Source of the DNA: Selaginella moellendorffii
Taxonomy: Eukaryota > Plantae > Lycopodiophyta
Length of the DNA: 64,000 bases
NCBI RefSeq assembly: GCF_000143415.4
Contig: NW_003314269.1
Coordinates: forward strand, 1,055,246-1,119,245
Direction: 5' to 3'
The position numbers were made by a program, and so were the translations under genes. This document shows, piece by piece, positions 46,585 to 57,902 of this stretch. Every line of letters starts with the position of its first letter. Within the stretch, counting starts at the first letter, position 1. A model generated the notes under the pieces. That model was given only the letters and a program-made list of their open reading frames with translations, was not told where the DNA came from and did no database searches.

Positions 46585-49500
46585 ATGAGGTTGCCAAGGA
46601 TTGTGGTACCTCAAACTTACAATGTCGAGCTTTGGGTGAATCTTGAGTCTTGTGAGTTCCAAGGCAGGGTGAGGGTCTCCCTCGATGTCACTGCGGTTAC
46701 CAGCGTGGTACAACTCAACACCGCAGATCTTACCATTGACAGCGTCTCGGCGAGCTTGCTCGATAGCACGGTATGCGAAAAGAGTAGGGTGTCTTTAAGC
46801 TTCGTTTTTCTACCAGGTGCTCCCGATCAAGTCCGTGGAAGAAGACAAGGAAAACGAGCTTCTACTCGTTGGGTTTGCTGGGGACGATGCTCTCGCGGTG
46901 GGAAGCCCGCTGGTGCTAACGATCGACTATCACGGATCACTAAACAAAAGCCTGAAAGGCTTCTACAAAGGGTTCGCATTCTTCTTTTCAGTTTTTTTTT
47001 TCTCATGGAGGAGTTTTTGCCAGTTCTTATGAAGTTAATGGCACCAAAAGATACATGGCCGCCACTGACTTCGAGCCCGGCAATGCAAGAAGGTGTTTTC
47101 CTTGCTGGGATGAGCCAGACTTTAAGGTAACAACGCAGTGATTGATCGCTCTCATATCATAATTCTTCCAGGCAACCTTTACGTTTAAAGTTCACGCTCC
47201 ATCCGATCGCCAGGTGCTCTCTAATATGCCCGTTGTTCACGACACGATCAATTGCGACGGCACGAAGACGGTGGAGTTCGAGGAGACCGTGCGTATGTCC
47301 ACCTACATCATTGCCATTGTCGTCGGGGAATTTGATTACCTGGAGGGGACAAGCGACGACGGTGAGCAAACATTCTCACTTCCTTTGTGAAAATCTATTC
47401 GTGTTCGTATCTCCAGGCGTGCCTGTGCGAGTTTATACAAGGCGGGGCTACCAGGAGAAAGGAAGATTTGTGCTCGACATAATTCTCAAGCTGCTACCTT
47501 TTTTTGCCGAGTAAGAAATCGTAAGAAACCATCTTGTAGTTTGATCGATTCTCTTGTTCTTGCAGGTTTTTCCAGCTGCCTTACCCGCTTCCAAAGCTCG
47601 ACGCTGTTGCAGTCCCAGAGTTTAAGACTGGTGCCTTGGAGAACTTTGGCTGCGTTGTGTACAGGGAGGAGGCCTTGTACGCCGACGAGAACTCACCAGC
47701 TTGGCTGAGACAAAGGGTAAACACTCTCTTTTTTTTTCCCTCTAGAAACAAATGAATTGCTTCAGGTTGCTTGCGACACTGCTCACGAGATTGCTCATAT
47801 GTGGTTTGGCAACATTGTCACACTAGAATGGTGGACTCATCTTTGGCTCAACGAGGGAATGGCTACCTGGGTGACTATCGTTTTTTGCTTCTTCTTCCTA
47901 CTAAACAGTGCGGTCACCTCTTCAGATGAGCTGCTACGCAGTGGACTACTTGTTTCCGGAATGGGAAATGTGGATGGATTTTCAGGATTGGGCCAGGTCT
48001 GACGCCTTCCGGTTTGATAGTCTAGAAAGCACACATCCCGTCGAGGTACTTCGCATATAAACACACGAACTCTGGAAACCGGAATCCCTTTCTCGTTCAG
48101 GTAGAGGTGAGGAACATTAACGTTGACACCCCGATGGACAGCATAAGTTACTTCAAAGGTGCATCGCTGTTACACATGCTTCAGTCCTACCTTGGCCACG
48201 AAGAACTCAAGGTTGAAAAACGCGTTTGTTTGCAAAATGTAACGTAGTTGTGCAGGAAGGACTGAGAGCTTATGTGAAAAAGTTTGCTTTTGGCAATGCC
48301 ACCTCCAGTGATCTATGGAGCGCATTCGAAGAGGTGACTGGCAAGCCCATAAAGCAGCTTATGCATTGCTGGACAAAGGAAGAAGGCTTCCCCGTTGTGA
48401 AAGCGAGTCTCTTGGAAAACACCACCGACGTTCAGCTTGAGCAGGTTCGATCAGCAACAGCGTTTTGTTTTTCTTTTGATGTGTGTGTTTGTTCTAACAG
48501 GCTCGTTTCATGGCAAATGGCCGAGATGTTCCAGGCAAGTGGATCGTTCCGGTTTTGATTTGCTCAGGTGTGGGGGAGTCACGCTCGTGCACGAGTCATT
48601 TGCTGGTTGAGGAGCGCTCGACCGTGAAGCACGAAGGGTCCTCTGGCTGGATCAAGGTGAACGCTGGAGAGACGGGATTCTTTCGAGTACAGTATGACAA
48701 GGATATGCTGCGGCTTTTGCGAGAAGCGGTCTCCTCTGGCAGCTTGGAGCCTGTCGATCGACTAGGTGATGATCGATTTCCTTTTCTGATTTTTCCAACC
48801 AAAATCGTTTTGCAGGACTCCTGAAAGACATGCACGCTCTTTGCCGCGCTGGTAAGGAGGATCCCAGTGAGCTATTTAGTCTGCTCGAATCGTACAGGAA
48901 TGAAGGCCATCCTCTAGTCATATCGACGTTGGTGGAGGTATGGTTGATGGGAAAACCCGTAGAAATGATCTCTCAGAGTTATATATTATGCTTTCGTCCA
49001 GATTGTGGTTGACGTAACGAGTGCCATCCTCTCCGCGAAACCGGAAGCTTTTGGAGACGTCAAGCAGCGGCTAGCGTCATTGCTAGAAACTCCAGCAAGG
49101 TTTGCTTTTTTTTTTTTCCTTTGGTTCTATTTCAATTCTCGTATAAGTCGAGCCCGATTTGATCAGGCGCATTGGCTGGGAGGCTACAGAATGCGAGGGA
49201 CACTTGTTTGCAGCGGTGAGAGGACGCATTTTGGATGCGCTTGTGAGGCTGGACCATGACGAAACTTGCTCGGAAGCCGAGAGGCGGTTTGACACTCGCT
49301 TCGAGACCGCAATCCCTTCTGATCTGACTACGGTTTTCTTTTCTCCATTTAGCGCGCGCAATCGAGCAAAGCCGCCCGACTGACCTTATTCCATTTCCAG
49401 GCAGTTCTCCGGAACGCAGTCAAGGACGTGTCGTCTACAAACCGAGGAAGCTTTGATGCGCTGATATCGCAGTTCGAAGGCTCCGCATCCATCGCGGAGC

Positions 49501-50151
49501 GCGTGGAGATCTTAAGTAAGCCAGCCTTTTAACTTCGTGCTCGTGATTGATAGATAAAACATGGTCAGGTTTACTTGCCGGATCTAATGATCCAGCTATG
49601 GTACGCGAGGCCCTTGAGTTTACTTTGTCACCGAAGGTTGGTTACTTGGTATTACTTCTTTGGAGATTATGATTCATTGATATGTAAGCAGGTTCTAGCC
49701 CAGCACATAAATCTTGTTTTCGAGGGAGTGAACGAGCAAGGTTGTCTCACAGCTTGGTCGTGGCTCAAGGTAGAAAGTGTTGTTACATTTGAGATTAAAA
49801 AGAAACAAATTTACTTTTTTTTCTTTCCAGGATAATTGGAACAAGGTTCACGAGAAAGCGTGCAGTAATTACGTCATGAAGCGGATTCTCTATTCGGTCA
49901 CTGCTCATGTAAGAATCGTGTTACGAATGTTTGAAGCTAGACTTGAGCTAAACTTCGTTCTTTCTTCCTTTTTTTTTTCCTGTTCTTTTCGGCAGATGTG
50001 CAGCAGAGAAATAGCCGAGGAGTTTCGAGATTTCGTGTCTAGTCGTGATGGCGCATCGGACGTCACGGTTGCTTGCTGGGAGCGCGTTTGCTTGCGCGCT
50101 CAGTGGACGCAGTCTCTAGTCGATCTGATCAGCACAGAGCGACTTTCTTGA
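46585..50151 (+). CDS. M1 family zinc aminopeptidase (APM1/puromycin-sensitive-like, divergent), many short introns
   Basis: RLP..VVP..Y; [19 protein letters not shown]; GALENFG; [10 protein letters not shown]...WLNEG (HExxH-18-E); THPVEV; SYFKGAS; [10 protein letters not shown]; WIKVN...GFFRVQY. Confidence 0.93.
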
Positions 50152-50710
50152 GCTCCAATTCCTTGCTGGTGCCTGTCTTCATGCGCTCCTTGCTACTTTG
50201 ATGTCTTTGAATTTCGGGTCAAGCCGAAATACTAGAAAAAGTGAAACATACCTCTATAGCTGGTGTTTGTCAGTGCCGCTCTTCTGGTAACTTTAGCTAC
50301 TGATACACTCAGACAGGAATCCCAGCCACTTGGCACGAAATTATATGATAGATAGATACGGGTGAGTCAATTTGATGTCCAGTAAGTAAATCTTCTGCCT
50401 AGATCTCACCTTTTGCTGCTAGCTTACCTCTGCATCTCTCTTGAGAAGCTCTCCCTCTTGTGAAGTTCTTTTTTATTCGCACGTCCCAAAGAGCCGACCG
50501 AGAAGTCCAATCCAGTCCAACCATTGTCTACAACTTCGTTCCGTTCCACAACATCCCAAAACGTGGAAAGTGCTCGTGAATAGCTTTTCCTTTTCGCTCT
50601 GCCAGCGCTTTGCTTGCCTTGACACACATGATTGAGACGCGCAACTGGATGAGAAAAGAGAATGAAGAGTTAAAAACAAAGAAAAAGCCGGGGTAGTACC
50701 TGCTGGATCC

Positions 50711-52407
50711 TCAGAAGAGCAGTCTGGAGTTGATCAAAAGCGGGAAGATCGTCGCGACTGAACATAGAGCCAAGCTCGCCAGTAGCGGCTCCGAGCTACT
50801 GGTACTACTCGTCAGGTTTCCAACGGTAGCATTTACCGTGGGTGGTAAGCTGCAAGAACCAAACGGTCATGAGCACGGCTAAACAACGACGTGCAATATT
50901 ACCTTGAGGGAAATGAGCATTGTCCACTACCTGAAAGAGCGACAAATTAGAACCAAGTTTGTAAGAGCAAAAAAGAAAGCAAAAGAAGATTTGGACATAC
51001 TTGGATCGTTTGTGGTGACAGTCGCAACTCCGGCAAAATCACAGGTCCCAGCTGCCATTTTGTTCTTAAGATAATAACTGTTGAAAGCGAAGGATGCATG
51101 AGAAAAGACCGAATCCGGGAAGAAACACGCCTGGCCTGGCTGGATGCTGGAGCAATCCGCACTGCCTTGGCCGCACGCATAGTCCAGTGCCGCCTGGAGG
51201 CTGTTGTCGCTTACGCCCTGCTTGGCGACACACCATGTTCTAACTGACGTGTTTGATCCGGCTCCACCCGAGTCCCTCCCGGTAACGTCCAGACTATACA
51301 CCGGTGTCTGGTCCGGATAGTAGATCCCATAGTTCTTCTCGGAAGTGGCCCCCTGCCTCCGGTCCTCGTTGAAGATCTCGTAGATGTAAGCATTCACCGC
51401 AATGCCGGGCCTCCTGGGAGTCCCAGTGTTGTTGAGGATGTGCCGGACGAGGTTGTTGTTGTAAGTTTCCGCATTGTCAACTCCTACCCCGACCTCTGTG
51501 ACATCACCCCTGGAAGGCCACCCGGTCTCGCTCACGACGATGCCCACATCTGTGTGGTTTAGCGCCCCCATGGCGCTAAACGCAGCGTCGAGCATCTGGT
51601 CGAAGACGTTGGTGTAAGTGAGCTTGGTGATGGTGTCCTGGATGCCAGCGTTGGGGCGGAGCAAGGCATAGTCGATGGACATCACCTGTCGATTCTGCTG
51701 GTATATAGCCAGAGGATAAATATTGAGCATGAAATAAGAACCTGTCTGGGAGAGGAAATCCAGCAGTGGCAGCACCACCGTCTTGGCATACGTCTGATCG
51801 AAGAAGGCCCGGGAGGGAGGGAATGGATCCTGGATGAGGGCGGTGGAGTGTGGCGTCGAGACTTTGATCTGGCTGTCGATGTTGGCGGCCACCAGCGCGG
51901 CGTGGATGTACTTCATGGTGGCGACGAGGATGGAGGCGTAGAGGCTGGCGGTGCCGTCGGTGAGGACCTCGCTGCCCACTGCGATCCCGGTGATGTTGGT
52001 GTTGGGGAGGAACTGCATCACGTTCTTGTTCACCCAGGACGCCGCCTCGGCGCTCGAGTGACCCACGCTGAGGATCTCCGCGTTTGTGAGCCCGATGATC
52101 ACCTGGATGCCTGTGCCGGCCAGCGCTGTGAGGATGTCCGGGTCGGCGTCGAAGATCCGGACCTGGGTGATGCCATTGTTTCGCATGAAATCCACTGCCT
52201 GCTGGGGCCTGGGGAGATTGTCGCCCTGGGAGCCGTAGTTCACACCGACGAATGCGCCTGTGGCATGGCATTCCATCGATCGATCAATCGATCGAATGGA
52301 AAGGAAGAGAGGAATCTAGAGATTGTCTTACCCGAGGACGATGCCGCCGCCGCCAATAGAGCCAAGGCCGCCGCCAAGAAGGCGCTGCCATGGCCTGGAG
52401 CCACCAT
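50711..52407 (-). CDS. Glucan endo-1,3-beta-glucosidase (GH17) with X8/CBM43 domain and probable GPI signal
   Basis: Signal peptide exon; VGVNYG..GDNLP; IAVGSE; VSETGWPS; YEIFNED; WCVAK..LQAALDYACG; hydrophobic C-terminal tail ending LINSRLLF*. Confidence 0.93.
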
Positions 52408-53085
52408 AGGAGCGATATTACGGGGAGATCGATGGCCGGAGGCAATGAGAGAGCCGAGAATCCGTAGCGCTTGCGTTGCCTCGCTGGAATGCGGGACCAA
52501 TGTGTCAGAAGAGCAAAATCCTGGATGATCTCGACAGAGAAGGAGATGCGAGCGCGCGATTACCTCACGGCGCCGAGCTCCAAGATTTCATCCAGTGTCG
52601 CTCGCGAGCCAAGCTAAGCTAGGTAGAAGCAGCGAATGATCGATGAAATGCACGGAAGGGATGATTATCTAGCGCCCAAGCTGCGTCGTGTCGGTGTGAG
52701 AGACAAGGGATCCATCACAAGGGCGCGCTTCTCCATCGCTTCGCCGCGCGTATAAACAAAGCCCCACAAGAGCTCAAAACTTTTACTGTGGCACCGGAAT
52801 CGAACCGGTCCCCATCTCGGATAAAATCCAACGGTTGGAAAACACAATTAAAAAGACAGGTAAAAGCATGAAATCGTCTACTCATACAAAGAGAGTGGTA
52901 CGGTACCACGGAAAAAAGAATGTGCTTTGTATCTTTGGCACAGAACCATGGTGGGTACTTTGATTCTCCGATTAAAATGATGAATGATCCTCGATCTGAT
53001 CTTCCAGCAAATAGCAATGTTCCTGTGAAAAATTTCTCTTTTGCCTCTGATCCCACGAAACAAAGCAAAGTTACCTCGAGTAGTT

Positions 53086-53971
53086 TCAATCGAATGCGTA
53101 AGTCCACTGCTGTGGCATCTCCTCTCCAAACACAAACTTGAGAACTTCCTCTTGGCTGCTCTCGACTTTGGATCCATCGTAGCCCCTGGAGATTGGTGAC
53201 GCAAGCGCTGTCTCCAGTGATTCCGCTCGTTTTCTGCGAAGACTTACCAGCTGCGTCGCGTCCACCACGGACTCGGCAAAATCTGCGCTGCGAGCTTGAG
53301 CTTGATCGCTGCTGGTATCATTCACATCTGGAGAACCTCCCCACCAGCGATCACAGACAGCATCCAAGTTCTTGAGAGGATAACCGTTCCGAAAGTCGTC
53401 CAGAAAGGATGGAATTGGCATCTTCGTTCTATACGTCGCAGTTGTGCTCAGTCGTAAATTCGCGTGTGTAGTTTGCATCACGTAAGCCTGAGAAGGAACT
53501 TGACCACTGCAAAAAAAAAAGAAGTTTACGTTTTTTTTTCTTCAATAAAAGAAGAGAAAAAGAACTTACTAGTTGCTGGGTTGTGGGTTATACATTTGTT
53601 CTTGAGCCTGGAATTGCTTGGCTCTCAAAGCATCTTGTTTGATCTCTTCCACGCTTTTTCCACCCATAAACTATAGAACATCCGTTGATCAGCATAGAAA
53701 AAATTTATCTAAAAGAGAGAAAGGAAAAATTTCTACGTACCTTTCGATGCGGCCATCTGGAGAGCCCGTTCTCTCGGCAAATTCGCTTCAGAGTCGCCTG
53801 GCAAACACCTGTCACAAGCGGATCGATCGTTCTAAGCTGCTCCAGCTACGAAAATCTTCACGTACCAAGGATATTGGCGGCCTCCGCGACGGTCATGGAA
53901 AAATACTTGGCGACCTCATCGAAATCGAGGGATTCCTCCCAGGCCTGCGGTGGAACGCCGAGCTTGGACAT
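53086..53971 (-). CDS. RWP-RK domain transcription factor (RKD-like), spliced; not visible as a single ORF
   Basis: Spliced translation MSKLG...LDFDEVAKYFSMTVAEAANILG|VCQATLKRICRENGLSRWPHRK|FMGGKSVEEIK...; later exon FLDDFRNGYP..RWWG. Confidence 0.88.
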
Positions 53972-54089
53972 GTAGCGATTGCTGATGTAGTCCGTTGGCA
54001 TTCGCTCCTCGCGGAGAGGGAAAGAATTAGGGTTCTAAGGGGGAAGAAATGGTAAAGTAAGGGTCGAGAATCGAACTCGCGACCGATCT

Positions 54090-55070
54090 TTACTTTGTCT
54101 CTGTCTCTTCTTCGTGCCACTCTACAGTCAAGGAGCTCTTCCACTCGTCGCTTCGATCGAGAACTTGCTCGAGCGCTGCCTGGCGGCGACGCACAACGTG
54201 GTGGAACGCTGCGATGCTCCTCGCGTCGCCGCTTCGATCGGGGCCTTGATCGTCGCTGCTATCACTGCTTGTTGGTGGCTCGGATTTGAAGCCAGTGACT
54301 GTTCTCGTCAGCGATTTCCACAAGTACTCGAATTGCGAAGCTGGAAAACAGAGATACGAACGATTCCTATCAGCTTGAGTCGATCAAAAGAAGTTTTCTT
54401 TTTTTTTCTATGTCCTTGCCTTCGCTGCGAGTGTCGAAGCTGCGAACCGTGCAAATCAGCCTCCACGGCCGCCCCACGCGCCCCGACTTGGATCCACCAA
54501 CGAGCTCTCCATTGTGTTGTCTCAACCTGGAACAAAATCGTCAAAACTTTAGCGCGATCAATCCATGAACTCGAGCGACAAATGGCCAACTTATCCAAGA
54601 GAAAAACAAGCTCAAAGAGAGCTTTTGAGATACCTGCGATGGACATTGCGAGTAATCCCCACGTAGGTCCTCTTGCAATCGGCGGAGAGGAGGAGATAGG
54701 CAGCCCAATCGTCCGAGTCCTCCTCGTAGAGAATTTGATCCGGGACCTTCCTCATCACGTCGAAATCCGACTGATCCAGCCCGTAGCGCGACAGATCGTC
54801 GTTGCTAATCTTCCTACTCAGCGAATGCTGCTGCTGCTGCTGCTGTGCTTGCTTGCCCTCATCACCGCGAGAGGGCGACACCAATTTGGAGATGGAGAAT
54901 CGAGACGAAGAACAGCACGGACCGGAGCATCCCTGCCCCAAATTCACCCGCCGGAAGATCCTGCCACCATTGCTCGCAGCAAGAATCATCCCGCCGCTAG
55001 CCGCGTCGGAAGCAGCAGCTCCACAAACATCGCGAAGAACCCTAATCCAAGCACTTGCATTTTCAAGCAT
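54090..55070 (-). CDS. GIY-YIG endonuclease (SLX1-like small plant protein), spliced
   Basis: AYLLLSADCKRTYVGITRNVHRR|LRQHNGELVGGSKSGRVGRPW...SEA|SQFEYLWK. Alternative ATG at 54989. Confidence 0.88.
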
Positions 55071-55110
55071 TAGCTATTAGCAATATACTGTCACAAACGA
55101 TCGATCTCCT

Positions 55111-56976
55111 TCACAAGCTCGCCCCATTCCCGTTGGATCGCTGCTGCGTCGCCGCTGTCTCATCGCTAGCAGCCGCGGCAATCGGGATCTCATCGCCCTC
55201 GTCAGTGAAATCATACCTCTCCCCGATCTTCCTCAGCTGCTCGAACACCTCGAGCATGGATGGGCGATCGTTGGGCGCGTAGAGCACGCACCCACACGCG
55301 ATCTTGAGCGCCTGGAGCAGCTCCCCATCGTCCGCAGCGCCACCGCTGAGCGATTTGTCGATGGCGTCGCCGCTCCGCCCACTCGCGTAGAGCGCCCCGA
55401 CCCATTCCACCAAGCTCCCCTTGAAATCGCCCACCGTCACGTCCAGCGGCTTCTGGCTCGTTAGCAGCTGGAGCAGCACGACACCAAAGCTGTACACGTC
55501 GCCCTTGGCGGTAGTGATGGGCACCCGGCGGTACTCGGGCGCGTCGTGGCCCGGGTCACCCACCGTGCCGCCGGCGGTAAGGACGTCCGCATTGAGGTGG
55601 CCGCCCGCGGGCGCCACGATCCGGGCTAGCCCAAAGTCCGTGATCCTCGCGTCGAAGTCGTCGTCCAGGAGGATCGTGTGCGTGCTGAGGCTCCGGTGGA
55701 GGATCCGCGGGTTGCAGCCGTGGTGGAGGTAAGCCATGCCGCGCGACGCGCCCAGCGCCACCTTGAGCCGCGCGGGCCAGTCGAGCCGGTCCAGCGTGCC
55801 GTGGGCGTCATGCAGCCAGCTCCACAGCGTGCCGTTGGTCATGTGCTTGTACAGGAGGAGCCGCTCGCCGCCCGTGACGCAGTACCCGAGTAGCGGTACC
55901 AGGTTGGCATGACGGACCAGGCCCAACGCCTCCACCTCGGCCCGAAACTGTGCGGCGTCGCTGCTACTACCGCGCGGCGCGGGCGCCAGGCGCTTCACCG
56001 CCAGTACGGACCCGTCCCGGAGCGTCGCGCGGTACGCCACCCCGGTGGCGGCGCTTCCGGCGTCGATGACGTTGTCCCGCGAGAAGCTCTCGGTGGCGGC
56101 CATGAGATCCGAGAGCTTGATCTTGACAAGGAACTGCTCGAACATGGACACGGTGATGCTGCGCGGCGCCTTGATCTTCTTGGCCCAGGTGGTGTCGTCG
56201 CGCATCGTCTTGGGCCGGCGGCTCAAGTAGAACGCCACGGCGGTGATTGCGAGAAGGATCACCGCGCCGCCAACCACAGTCCCGGCAATGATCCCGGCGC
56301 TGGCCTTCGACCCGCCGCCGCAGCTCTTGGAGAGCGGCGGACCGCACAGCCCGGCATTGTCCTGGAACTGGAAATTCGGCGCGGGGCGACTGGCGAGGAT
56401 GGGCGGGATCTCGCCGCTGAGCTGGTTGCCCTCGAGGTGGAGCTCCGCGAGGCGCGGAAGAACACCGAGCTGCCCGGGGATGCTGCCAGTGAGGTGGTTC
56501 TGCTGCAAATCCAGGGCGTTAAGGTACTGGCACTGGGAGAGCTCGCCGGGGATCGATCCGGAGAAGTCGTTGCCCGAGAGGTCGAGGCGGACGAGGAAGG
56601 GCAGCGATTTGCAGAGATCCGCGGGGATGGCGCCCGAGAAGGAGTTGCCCGAGAGATCCAAGCCCGTGAGACTGGAGCATTTGTCGAGACCCCGGGGGAA
56701 GGAGCCCGAGAGGCCGGCGGCGCGGAGGGATAGGGAATAAATCTTGGCCTCGGATGGGTGGAGGCACTGGACGCCCACAGCGTTGCAAATGGAGCTGCTG
56801 GAGCTGCTGTTGGCGGACCAGGAGCTCAGGTAGCCCGATTGATCGATGACCGAGAGGCGGAACTCGCTGAGGCACTCCAAGTCGGTCTGGCAGTGGATGA
56901 AACCCACAAGAACGAGGAGCAGTGGCAGTAGGAGCGGCGGCGGCCACAATCTTAGCAGCGGCGGTAAGAGATCCAT
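55111..56976 (-). CDS. LRR receptor-like kinase, BIR-like (LRR-X), probable pseudokinase
   Basis: Signal peptide, ~5 LRRs, TM, W...IK..SITVSMFEQ..KIKLSDLMAAT. Kinase has HRS in place of HRD and a degenerate Gly loop; DFG present; intronless. Confidence 0.92.
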   Translation of the reverse strand: MDLLPPLLRLWPPPLLLPLLLVLVGFIHCQTDLECLSEFRLSVIDQSGYLSSWSANSSSSSSICNAVGVQCLHPSEAKIYSLSLRAAGLSGSFPRGLDKCSSLTGLDLSGNSFSGAIPADLCKSLPFLVRLDLSGNDFSGSIPGELSQCQYLNALDLQQNHLTGSIPGQLGVLPRLAELHLEGNQLSGEIPPILASRPAPNFQFQDNAGLCGPPLSKSCGGGSKASAGIIAGTVVGGAVILLAITAVAFYLSRRPKTMRDDTTWAKKIKAPRSITVSMFEQFLVKIKLSDLMAATESFSRDNVIDAGSAATGVAYRATLRDGSVLAVKRLAPAPRGSSSDAAQFRAEVEALGLVRHANLVPLLGYCVTGGERLLLYKHMTNGTLWSWLHDAHGTLDRLDWPARLKVALGASRGMAYLHHGCNPRILHRSLSTHTILLDDDFDARITDFGLARIVAPAGGHLNADVLTAGGTVGDPGHDAPEYRRVPITTAKGDVYSFGVVLLQLLTSQKPLDVTVGDFKGSLVEWVGALYASGRSGDAIDKSLSGGAADDGELLQALKIACGCVLYAPNDRPSMLEVFEQLRKIGERYDFTDEGDEIPIAAAASDETAATQQRSNGNGASL

Positions 56977-57902
56977 GGTGACCTTGATCTTCCCTAGCTA
57001 GCGCAACCCTACATTGCTCTTTCTTACCTGGAATGAAGAAGCCCTAGCCCTTGCCTTCCAAGGGGTTAAAGTTTACCACACCTTTAAGCGTTAGGTTTTA
57101 GGCTTTGCGAATATTCTTTAGTTTAACATGGAGAGCAAGAAGTGGTGGTTTTGGAGCTCATCTGAGACGCTGTAAGTCATTTCTTGTTGAAATGTTTCCA
57201 TAAGCCTTGCTTGGGCATACACCTGAAGTTTGGTAGAGATGAAAGGCACTGATTGAATTTGCTAGCTGTAGTGGTTTCTTGAGTGACATGGAGTGTCACA
57301 CTTCATGAGGTGGTGACTTCTATACATGGTAATGTGACGTGGAGTGTCACAAGTTCCAGTCAAATTCTGGTAACTTCTACTAGCAGATGTAGTGTCCCAA
57401 TCTGCTGAATTTCATGTTGAGTTGTGGCAATTTGCATGCTTCTTTATGAAGTCAAACATTGTATACATGGTTGGGATGTATTTTTGACACTTGATTTCTT
57501 CATGACGGGAAACTTATTGACACCCTGTTGTCTTTGTAGATACATAGGCTCTACACCATGATCACATGGCAACTTCCAATGGCAAGGAGAGGTCCTCTGT
57601 TCCTAAGTAGGATCTGTTGTTCTTAGGATCCTCGAGAGCTGGTTCAGCTGTAGGCTCTTTGGACCTAGCAAGTGAGGAATTATGCTTTTTGGGGATGGTG
57701 GAATACTGGGTGGCTAGGGATGGGATGGTGACAAGATTAGGGAAGCACTCATGTCCATTTGCTATGCATCTAATTGAAGTTGCACACTTGGGTAGCTTGA
57801 TCAAAAGATCTTCCATGTGAAATACCTAACCTACAATGGTGAAGATTTTAACATTTATCTCAAGTTTTTGAATGTGCAGCACAAAACAACAAAGTAGAGG
57901 GG

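Noticed and set aside
50160-50700. Minus-strand splice-like sites and short ORFs after the GH17 stop
   Set aside because: Could be 3'UTR introns; no protein evidence.
57200-57880. Possible SWIM/MULE fragment (WKLPCDH)
   Set aside because: A single weak motif in a stop-containing frame; insufficient.
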